Source of the DNA: Squalus acanthias
Taxonomy: Eukaryota
DNA: 64,000 nt
NCBI GenBank assembly: GCA_030390025.1
Contig: CM059425.1
Span: forward strand, 178,438,001-178,502,000
Direction of reading: 5' to 3'
Below, piece by piece: positions 1 to 10,169 of the stretch. The notes beneath the pieces are model-generated. The model did no database searches. It was not told the DNA's origin and worked only from the letters and a program-made list of their open reading frames with translations. A program made the translations under genes and the position numbers. Position 1 is the first letter of the stretch; each line of letters opens with the position of its first letter.

Positions 1-464
1 ACAAAACTGTACAGTGACTTTACAAAATATATCTATGTATTCTCTATTTTTAAAAAAGTCCTCAGTACCCTAGGTTACAAATTTCAGGTCTGTCTTAGAT
101 ATTCTCTCGGGTCTAGCACCACGGGTCACTCCTGCACCTCATGTTTAGGAGTGTTTCTGCACTGTCCAATATCTAATCATATGAACCCCTTTGTGATCTG
201 AACCACATGTCTGTCGCACATAGCCTCACATGCATTTTTCCAATCGTTCAACAATGCCAGATATGAATTGAAAAGTTACTTTATTTTATAGGCAGCATGT
301 GAATGTTCAGAAGTGAACATTCAGAGCAACAGTTATAGTCAAAACTCATTACTTCATTTGACTTCAAATCCCTTATGAAAAAAAATAATAAACCAAGCCA
401 CCCTATCGTATAAAAAAGAGAAGTCGCACAACACCAGGTTATAGTCCAACAGTTTTATTTGAAA

Positions 465-505
465 TCACAAGCTTTCGGAGCTTTCGTGGCCCCTTCGTCA
501 GGTGA
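465..505 (-). ncRNA. Minimal hammerhead ribozyme motif (Penelope-type), left arm
   Basis: Minus strand reads TCAC-CTGACGA-A-GGGGC-CACGAAA-GCTCC-GAAAGCTT-GTGA: CUGANGA and GAAA cores, stem II GGGGC/GCUCC, stem I UCAC/GUGA, palindromic stem III. Confidence 0.75.
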
Positions 506-1633
506 AGTGAAGAAATACAGAATCGACAAAGCATATATAGATAGAGAACAATGCATGTGTAACTTACAATGGCAGACGACTACATTTAATCATCCTGACT
601 GTTTATCTGCCGACGTGTGACAAAAGGCAATCAGGTCAGCCAGGAAGGCACCACATCAAAGACATAGCAAGATACAACTGAGACAATGAGGTGGAGTTAC
701 AGGGGGTCTAATGTGTCAAAAGCTGCAGTCGGTATGTAAAACGATAAACTTTAAAATTTTTACTTTTTTACTGGGAATCACATCTGTGAACAAGCCAACG
801 ACGACTCGAGTCTGGATCACGTCATGTATCGTGACATAAACCCAAGATCCCGGTTGAGGCCGTCCTCATGAGTGCGGAACTTGGCTATCAGTTTCTGCTC
901 GATGATTTTGCGTTGTCGTGTGTTTCTAAGGCCGCCATGGAGAACGCTTACCCGCAGATCTGAGGCTGAATGTCCTTGACTGCTGAAGTGTTCCCCGACT
1001 GGGAGGTAACAATCCTGCCTGGCGATTGTTGCGCGGTGTCCGTTCATACGTTGTCTCAGTGTCTGCAGACACTGAGACAACGTATGAACGGACACCGCGC
1101 AACAATCGCCAGGCAGGATTGTTACCTCCCAGTCGGGGAACACTTCAGCAGTCAAGGACATTCAGCCTCGGATCTGCGGGTAAGCGTTCTCCAAGGCGGC
1201 CTTAGAAACACACGACAACGCAAAATCATCGAGCAGAAACTGATAGCCAAGTTCCGCACTCATGAGGACGGCCTCACGGCCTCAACCGGGATCTTGGGTT
1301 TATGTCACGATACATGATGTGATCCAGACTCGAGTCGTCGTTGGCTTGTTCACAGATGTGATTCCCAGTAAAAAAGTAAAAATTTTAAAGTTTATCGTTT
1401 TACATACCGACTACAGCTTTTGACACATTAGACTCCCTGTAACTCCACCTCATTGTCTCAGTTGTATCTTGCTATGTCTTTGATGTGGTGCCTTCCTGGC
1501 TGACCTGATTGCCTTTTGTCACACCTCGGCAGATAAACAGTCAGGATGATTAAATGTAGTCGTCTGCCATTGTAAGTTACACATGCATTGTTCTCTATCT
1601 ATATATGCTTTGTCGATTCTGTATTTCTTCACT

Positions 1634-1674
1634 TCACCTGACGAAGGGGCCACGAAAGCTCCGAAAGCTTGTGA
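1634..1674 (+). ncRNA. Minimal hammerhead ribozyme motif (Penelope-type), right arm
   Basis: Plus strand tcacCTGACGAaggggccacgaaagctccGAAAgcttgtga; same fold as the left-arm copy. Confidence 0.75.
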
Positions 1675-3844
1675 TTTCAAATAAAACTGTTGGACTATAA
1701 CCTGGTGTTGTGCGACTTCTCTTTTTTGTCCACCCCAGTCCAACACCGGCATCTCCGCATCATTACCCTATCGTATGTTAGTGGCTAACTTAATTTTCTT
1801 GGTTAGCTTTCTGGTTCTGATCAGCTCTGAGCTTAAGATGAGCAACTTTTCCCTCACTAAGCCAAGCTTCCTTCCCAGGCTTAATTGGACTGGTTTAGCC
1901 CATGTGTTTCTTGCTTTGTTTTGTCCAGGAAGTCAGAGGGCTTGGCTTCTGAACGTCCCCTTGACCAGATGTTGGTTAGTAGAGCTGCCGATTACACTAG
2001 CACCGTCCTCCCCCTCCAGTGGACTTCTGCCAGACAACCCCTGCCGAGCTTGCAGCAAAGCAAAGATTTCAATGTACCATGTGCAAATACAGGCTGGAAT
2101 CCTCGAACAGCTTATCTATTTGTCTCAACCTGATAAAGATAACTTTTTCGATAGCTAGCCCATTCTTTCCAAGAGAACCCATTCTGGGCCCCTATTCAAA
2201 TTACTCTAGTCTTTTCCTTCGTTTAATAAAATAGGAAGCACTTTGTACAGTAAAATCGTAGAATATTGTATTTGACTTCTTATGGAGACTAGGTTGCAAC
2301 ATAAAATACCTCCTAGACAGAATAGACTGTAATCCAAAACACAACACTTGAGAATCTGGTTTTACTTGAAGAAATATTACAGGCAATTGTTTGTTTTTGT
2401 AAAGTCTGGCATTTGACATCAGTAGTGAACATGTTAAGAAACTCTATTAGACCAGTAGCCTCTGTTCTCAAGAGGGGTCAGGATAGCCAGGCCTGTCTGG
2501 ATAATATCCTCACTACAGCATAGATTTTACAAGCTCTATCATTTATTTGCTGAAGCACTCAATTTCCATCCTTCTCTGCTGGTCTGGATAATGTAAAGAT
2601 TGGAACATGATGCCACAGGAGGTAAATTTTGCTCTGCATTAGCTTCAGAAACTTATCAGAACAGAGAACATGCTCGTACAAATGAAAACATTCTCTTCTG
2701 TTTTGATCTCAAAACCCTTTGACTTAAGTCAAATAGATTAGAAACTGGCTAGTGGTGCTCTAACAGCTGCATTGATACATCAATATGAATTGACACACCT
2801 TCAAAAGTGTCTTAAAGATTAATTGTTTATAAGGATCAGATATTGTATCAATGATATGGAATCTCCATGGTGTTAATGTTACTACACTAGGCTTACCTAA
2901 TGGCATCCCAGGATATAGTGATGACCAATAAATGAGAGTCCTAACAGGTCTGCCTGGCCCCTCATTAGGAGCAAAAAATATTTTTACAACAATGTCTGGG
3001 TAATTGTTTTACTGAACTCCAGAAGCTGGTTTACGATGACGCCTATTGATTTATTTAAACAAACTCCCAGTGAAGATGTGTGTAATGTTTATTTGCAGCA
3101 AATTACTGCACATTTAATTGGGTTTCACAAAAGCTATCCAGAAGGTTTCTGAGTACCAGATGCAATCATTAGGGCACACTATGTTTCACATGGTTTTATG
3201 GTACATTAAAAATGTTGAAAATGCTATGCAGTTGTGGGCCTTTTAAATCAGTGTAACTATTGTACTGATATAAACTTCTGCACAGCAGGTAGTTACGGTT
3301 CTAAACTCATGCAGCATGAATATATGTATGTTAAAATCATCAGGAGAAAGTATTGATGGTTTTAGAATGATGGCTTAGTGAACGCAATTCCTCAATTTGC
3401 AGAAGCGTATAAGTTTACATTCAAATCACAGGGGGCTCTTGATGCACTTTCATGATGCACAAACCTAAACAGATCTTAAATATTTTATTCCATTTAGTAG
3501 ATTATGGATGCCTGAATGTTATTCCTACCAGCTTATTCTGAACTTTCTTGTATGTGAAGTCATTGCAACGTGTGAAAAATTCCCTATTAATTAGATCACA
3601 AGATAAATATAAATGAGGAAGGCTGTTCAGCCCATCTTAGCTCATCCATCTAGAAAGGTGTAGTCCCTAATCACAGTATCCAACTGTCTCTTAAGGCACT
3701 TTTATACAATATGAGTGCAGCCAACACAAGGTGACCGAGTCTTCCTCCATCACGTGCATCCCATAGTGTAAGCAAGTCTGGCTAGATCACCTGCATTATA
3801 GAGCCATGAAACTGGGGTCCAGGATTCTGATGCTGGGGTAAGGG

Positions 3845-4010
3845 GCTGTGGTAGTGTAGTGGTTCTGTTACTGGACTAGTAAACCAGAGGCCTGGACTCA
3901 TTAACCAGATGAATGTGTGTTCAAATCCCACTACAACAGTCTGAGAATTTGAGTTCAGTTACAAAGAAAATCTGGAAATAAAAAGCTAAAAGTGACCAAG
4001 TGATCCTGAG
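3845..4010 (+). mobile_element. Degenerate tRNA-derived SINE fragment
   Basis: A-box-like gtggtagtgtagtggtt and B-box-like gttcaaatccc. Resembles the reverse-strand copy at 46667-46990. Boundaries approximate. Confidence 0.5.
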
Positions 4011-4384
4011 AATTGAAAAAGGATAAGGGAGGGGATTTAGCAACATAAACACAGGGAACCAATCCATTACATTAGCTTTCTGTGGAGCTCTGTGTAAAAA
4101 CAAAGCTCAGTGCACCTACAGAGACCATCTCCCCACTGCAAATTTAAAAGAAGTGCCAAAACTAGATAGTGTTTAAGATAAAAGTGTGCTTCAGAGCTTT
4201 TTTCCCTCCGTTACACCAACCTTCCAAATGTAGATCACTGTTTGTGTGACGAAACCTTTCCTGACATTGGTCTTTCACTTGTGTGAAACTTGCTCTTCTT
4301 TCATGATCTACCTCAAAGTAGCTTTTCTATGCTATTTACTATCTTTATACTCCTCTACATGGTTCTGTCGCAGTTACCTTAGGG

Positions 4385-5597
4385 CAGGGCTTCTCAACCT
4401 TTTTGCTTCTGAGGCCCCCCTCCCGTGTTATAAAAATTCCACGGACCCCTGTAACACAAGTATTTTTATATCCACTAGGGGAAAGGAGGGAAGCAGCAGC
4501 GACAGATAAACGAACAGTCTCAATCTTAGTGACAAAGAAGTCCATGAGCTCCTCACACTTGTTGTTGGAGGTGAGGGTGGAGGAGACCGGGGAGAGGGGT
4601 TTAAGAAGACTTATGGAGTGAATAGTGCAAAAGACTATATTCATTCATGCAACAGGGAGAAATAAACTATTGTAGACATTGTTTTTTAATGTATTATTCA
4701 GGTAAACCGCTACCTCGTCATTGTTCCTGCTCTTTTTTGCTGTTTTATCTCTTCCTCTTTCCTGCTCCCCATTGATTCAGTTCGACACAAGTTGAATGAG
4801 TCAATCAATCAGTGCTGAAATCTCTTCGCTGGCTTGCACATTTTGCTCATTTGAATGTCCAAACGAGGTTACCAGCGGTCAGACTGGCTACTCGTGTCTG
4901 CTTGACTTTCTATCCGCTGGCACTGGGTCTTATCTTGTGTGTGCTCTGTGGGAGGCCAGGGGCCGAGATCCATGTGCACACGAGGCAGGAACACGCACAT
5001 TTACTTCATGTTTCCTCTGCTCACCTTTCGGAGCAGGTGAGCAGAGGAAGGGAAAGGAAAGAAGCTCTGCGATTAATACTAAACACGACTGATTGCTGAT
5101 GTAACTATGAAATCTCTCGCAGTCTGCCCGGTCTAGTTAGGTTCTGTTTCAGTCGCTGCCAGCTCCCGATACCCGCCTTTCATTTATTGTTGGGGAAGTC
5201 CGCTCCGAACATTGCTGTCGCTCCTGTTCTTAACAGTGTAACCGCTACATTGTATCGGACAGAGCGAGGTGCCGGGCTGCTGCTGCTACTGCCGCTGCTC
5301 CTCTTGCCAGACCTGGGCACCTCCCACCCTCCCTCTCTCTCTCTCACTCTCTCTCTCTTCCGGGTCCTCCTCTCCCTTCTCCCACCCTAGAACGCACGGG
5401 CTCCGGATACCCATCGTGTCCTCCAATTCTGAGACCATGAACCGGACACGTTGTATCCCCAGACAAGAAAATGACCTTGCGGCAGAGAGGTTCCATCTGG
5501 CCAAGGAGCTTCTCTGTGGGCTCGTTCTTGCTCCGCTGCTTGTGACTTTGGCGGACGCCTTGAAACCTTCTCGCGGTCCCCCAGTTGACAACCCCTG
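4385..5597. mobile_element. Non-autonomous hAT (Charlie/MER5-like) DNA transposon with heterologous internal sequence
   Basis: Left end CAGGGCTTCTCAAC; right end reverse complement CAGGGGTTGTCAAC (12/14). 8-bp flanks CCTTAGGG (4377-4384) and CCTTAGGA (5598-5605). Subterminal cacggacccc and cgcggtcccc motifs. Confidence 0.8.
4490..4625 (-). mobile_element. L2-like LINE ORF2 fragment inside the hAT element
   Basis: Minus-strand translation LLKPLSPVSSTLTSNNKCEELMDFFVTKIETVR resembles the L2 ORF2 linker region. Confidence 0.6.
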
Positions 5598-5674
5598 CCT
5601 TAGGAGGCACCTTACCTTAGTTAACTCCCAGGCAGCAAGATAACAGCACACGTGGGAAGCCCACCCATGAGACT

Positions 5675-6171
5675 TGGTTCATTTTAACATCCCACTGGCC
5701 AGCTGCCTGGCCAAAACAAGCATCCAGGACTAACTTGCCGGCTTTGGGCCTATGAAGGTGGCCCTGAGGCCGCCAGGCGGGGTTTGGATTTAGGAGGGTT
5801 TCATGGGTAGGAAGGAGGGCGAGCCCGGGTCAGCTGCATCCCACAATTTCTTTGTGCAGCCCAGAGGAGCGTGACTGCTCCTCCAAGCCCCACAAAGATA
5901 AATGTTACACTTACTATACAGGACCTCCACTGGGGATCTGCCAGGTTTTACGGAGTGGGGCATCCACAGCAGGCACCCTACTCAGTAGGCAGTTAAAATA
6001 GCAACAGGGTTCTATCTAAGTGATGACCCCAATTTACATATACTCCCGCCTGAGTAAATAGCGGCTTTAAAATAGTCGCGGGGTGGGAAACGAGCGATAA
6101 GTGTACCGTTTGCGTTTTAACTCCAGTTCTGCCTAGTTCCCACTGGGTGGAACAGGAATTAAAATTCTCCC
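5675..6171. mobile_element. Degenerate GC-rich MITE-like element
   Basis: Ends attttaac... / ...ttaaaattctccc, with internal motifs resembling the element at ~35132-35747. Boundaries approximate, no clear TSD. Confidence 0.4.
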
Positions 6172-6878
6172 TCTTGTCTCAAGACTGAAGAGCCTAAATT
6201 TCTTCAGTCTTCATAAAGTAAATTTACTGATGAATATTATAAATATTCAGCAAAATTATTTAAATTCTGCTCCAAGTTTCAGAATGATAAATTCTTGTGT
6301 CAGCTCTATTTAGAATTGCTACAATTTTGACTTTGAACCTAAGGCTTTGGGGATTTAAATCATCACGCTCGAGATGAAGGGACTTGTACCATTAAGGCAG
6401 CCAACAAGTTAAGGTTAATGTGTTTAAGGGGAATGTAATTTGATGGAGAAATTTAGCAGCACACGTTGTGCATCATTTCTGCCAAATGGATCTCCTCACC
6501 TGTGGTTGGTTCATGTATCCAGGTTTTATTTGACAGAAAAGATGTTCAATGAAATACACCAAGCAAGACTGGTGAGTTGCTTAAAAGTCTAACTTGTGCT
6601 CTGCAATAGTGTGTTTCACTAAGTGAACTTTCACAGTAGTTAATTTTATTGGTTTCTTATCTTTTAGATTTTTTGTTAAACTTGTCCATTTTTAAAAGAT
6701 TCTCTCTTCTCCGTCCCCTCCAGCATTACCCACAGAGTGAATGCTAGCTCAGTTGAAGTATTTGAAAAAAAATGTACTCATTCTGGATTCTGCAGGGGCT
6801 AGAGTGATATGGGTTTGGAATAGTTTAGTGCTTGGATCACAGTGAGCCAGGGGCTAGATGGTCTGTTTTCATCCTATA

Positions 6879-7772
6879 ATAAATAAGGGAGAACCAGTGG
6901 ATGTGGTGTATTTGGATTTTCAGAAGGCCTTTGATAAGGTCCCACATAAGAGGTTAGTGTGCAAAATTAAAGCACATGGTATTGGGGGTAATATACTGGC
7001 ATGGATTGAAAATTGGTTAACAGACAGGAAACAGAGAGTAGGAATAAATGGGTCTTTTTCGGGGTGGCAGGCGGTGACTAGTGGGGTACCGCAGGGATCA
7101 GTGCTTGGGCCCCAGCTATTCACAATATATATCAATGATTTAGATGACGACACGAAACTAGGTGAGATTGTGAGTTGTGAGGACGATGCAAAGAGGCTTC
7201 AAGGCGATTTAGACAAGTTGAGTGAGTGTGTAAATACATGGCAGATGCAGTATAACGTGGATAAATGTGAAGTTATCCACTTCGGTAGGAAAAACAGAAA
7301 GGTAGAGTATTATTTAAATGGTGATAGATTGGGAAATGCTGATGTACAAAGGGACCTGGGTGTCGTTGTACACCAGTCACTGAAAGCAAACATGCAGGTG
7401 CAGCAAGCAGTTAGGAAGGCAAATGGTATGTTGGCCTTCATTGCAAGAGGATTTAAGTACAGGAGCAAGGATGTCTTACTACAGTTGTACAGGGCCTTGG
7501 TGAGACCACACCTGGAGTACTGTGTGCAGTTTTGGTCTCCTTACCGAAGAAAGGATATACTTGCCATAGAGGGAGTGCAGCGAAGGTTCACCAGACTGAT
7601 TCCTGGGATGGCAGGACTGTCGTATGAGGAGAGATTGGGTCAACTAGGCCTGTATTCGCTAGAGTTTAGAAGAATGAGAGGGGATCTCATTGAAACGTAT
7701 AAAATTCTGACAGGGCTAGACAAACTGGATGCAGGGAGGATGTTTCCCCTGGCTGGGGGGTCTAGAACAAGG
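6879..7772 (+). mobile_element. CR1-type LINE ORF2 (reverse transcriptase) fragment, truncated
   Basis: VYLDFQKAFDKVPH, GVPQGSVLGPQLF and RPHLEYCVQFWSP motifs. The segment before DDTKLG is deleted relative to the copy at 63539-63907. Confidence 0.93.
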
Positions 7773-9298
7773 TACTGTCCCCCTCTCCCTCAAATCTGCC
7801 ATCATTACCCCTCTCCTCAAAAACCAACCCTTGACCCCTCCGTCCTTGCAAACTACCGCTCCATCTCCAACCTCCCTTTCCTCTCCAGTCCTTGAATGTG
7901 TTGTCGCCTCCCAAATCCTTGGCCATCTTTCCCGCAACTCCATGTTTGAATCCCTCCAATCAGGTTTCCGCCCTTGCCACAGTACCGAAATGGCTCTCAT
8001 CAAAGTCACAAATGACATCCTTTGTGACTGTGACATAGGTAAACTACCCTCCTCATCCTTCTTAACTTGTCTGTAGCCTTTGACACGGTTGACCACTCCA
8101 TCCTTCTCCAACGCCTCTCCACCATCGTCCAGCTGGGTGGGACTGCACTCGCCTGGTTCCATTCTTATCTATCTAATCGTAGCCAGAGCATCATCTGCAA
8201 TGGCTTCTCTCCCGCTCCCGCATCGTTACCTCTGGTGTCCCCCAAGGATCTATCCTTGGCCCCTTCCTATTTATCATCTACATGTTGCCCCTTGGCGACA
8301 TCATCCGAAAACACAGCGTCAGTTTCCACATGTACGCTGACGACACCCAGCTCTACCTCACTATCACTTCTCTCGACCCCTCCACGGTCTCTAAATTGTC
8401 AGACTGCTTGTCCGACATCCAGTTCTGGATGAGCAGAAATTTTCTCCAATTAAATATTGGGAAGACCGAAGCCATTGTTTTCGGTCCCCGCCACAAACTC
8501 CGTTCCCTAGCCACTGACTCCATCCCTCTCCCTAACATCTGTCTGAGGCTGAACCACACTGTTCACAAACTTGGTGTCATATTTGACCCTGAAATGAGCT
8601 TCCGACCGCATATCCGAAGCATAACTAAGACCGCCTATTTCAACCTCCGTAACATCGCCCGTCTCCGCCCTTGCCTCAGCTCATCCCATGCTGAAACTCT
8701 CATCCATGCCTTTGTTACCTCTAGACTTGACTATTCCAACGCACTCCTGGTTGGCCTCCCACATTCTACCCTACGTAAACTTGAGGTGATCCAAAACTCG
8801 GCTGCCCGTGTCCTAACTTGCACCAGGTCCCGTTCACCCATCACCCCTGTGCTTGCTGACCTACATTGGCTTCCGGTTAAGTAACGCCTCAATTTCAAAA
8901 TTCTCATCCTTGTTTTCAAATCCCTCCATGTCCTTGCCCCTCTCGATCTCTGTAATCTCCGTCAGCCCCACAACCCCCCGAGAAATCTGCGTTCCTCTAA
9001 TTCTGCCCTCTTGAGCATCCCTGATTATAATCGCTCAACCATTGGTGGCAGTGCCTTCTATTGCATAGGCACTAAGCTCTGGAATTCCCTCCCTAAACCT
9101 CTCCGCCTCACTTATCTCTCTTTCCTCCTTTAAGACGCTCCTTAAAACCTACCTCTTTGACCAAGCTTTTGGTCATCTGCCCTAATTTTTCCTTATGTGG
9201 CTCGATGTCAAATGTTTTGTCTTTTAATACTCTTGTGAAGCGCCTTGGGACGTTTTACTACATTAAAGGTGCTATATAAATACAAGTTGTTGTTGTTG
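7770..9298 (+). mobile_element. L2-type LINE 3' portion (RT plus 3'UTR), frameshifted
   Basis: [30 protein letters not shown] and HAFVTSRLDYSN motifs in several frames; ends in gctatataaatacaa(gtt)n. Confidence 0.92.
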
Positions 9299-10169
9299 CT
9301 TTGGATACATATTCCACACAATGAGTTCTCCAGGTGCAAAGATGGGATGGAGACCAGGTGCTAGGTTTTTCGCAGATCTCTTCACCCCACATTCCATTTC
9401 TGAGGAGCCAATCTACTCACTACAGCTACTTGACTGCCCAACTGAGATCAGGAACCCACTCTGTAGAATTGCACACATGGTTCACTGGACCTGGCTAGAT
9501 AACCAACGGGAAGCTCACTAGTAGCCCATGCCGGTAGGCTGCATGGCTTTAACTTTCAGCAGTACCCGCCCTGAGATCATTAACCCTAGACTCTGCCAAC
9601 TGTGTCTAAACTCTCTGGAATTGGTTGAAGGGGTGAGAGTGTGCACTCCGTATTGGGCAAACAGAAAATCCAATTTTGTCAGTTTTCTCAGCAGCTTTCT
9701 GTGCTTTAAACTTCTATCGTTTTATCCACTATTATAGCTCAATATTTTTCTGGACACCTCTTAACAATATTACTCTTCATTTTAACAATATTTTCTAATC
9801 TAAAGGACAAATTTATTATCATACATTTCTCAATATTAGATTCAAGTTACTAAGTTTGGTAGAAATCTAAATGTTATCTCTTTCCTGTGCACATCTTGCA
9901 ATTCCCACACAACATATTAGCATTGGAAAATCTACTTTTGCTAGGTTCATCAATACTACTTGCAAATACTATGAACTGCAGAGGTCCTAGGACTGATCCC
10001 AGAGTATTCTATATGCTGCTCAATTCGAACTACTACCATTGATCACCACCCTTTCCTGTTATTGCTTCCAATTTAGCATTTTCTGTTTTATTGAGAGCTA
10101 TAGCTTTCCCACAAGGCTTGTGATGCTCATTAAAAAATGACATTCATAAATCCATATTGAGTTAGAATT

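Larger units (their letters stand above)
412..1764 (+). mobile_element. Penelope-like retroelement 3' fragment (GIY-YIG endonuclease C-terminus plus 3' region) as an inverted duplication
   Basis: Mirror ORFs 817-1161(-) and 970-1317(+) encode GIY-YIG C-terminal text (TLRQRMNGHR...VGEHF...EQKLIAKFRTHEDGLN). Arms 412-1065 and 1066-1727 are reverse complements. Direct repeat ACCCTATCGTAT at 400-411 and 1765-1776 is a TSD. Confidence 0.9.

Noticed and set aside
817..1317. Two near-identical ORFs on opposite strands as a gene pair
   Set aside because: They are a product of the palindrome. The N-terminal ~30 aa is antisense text and only a partial GIY-YIG C-terminus is real.
1775..2234. 127-aa ORF with hydrophobic N-terminus next to the palindrome
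   Set aside because: No recognisable domain or splice structure; its ATG is partly supplied by the TSD. Probably a chance ORF.
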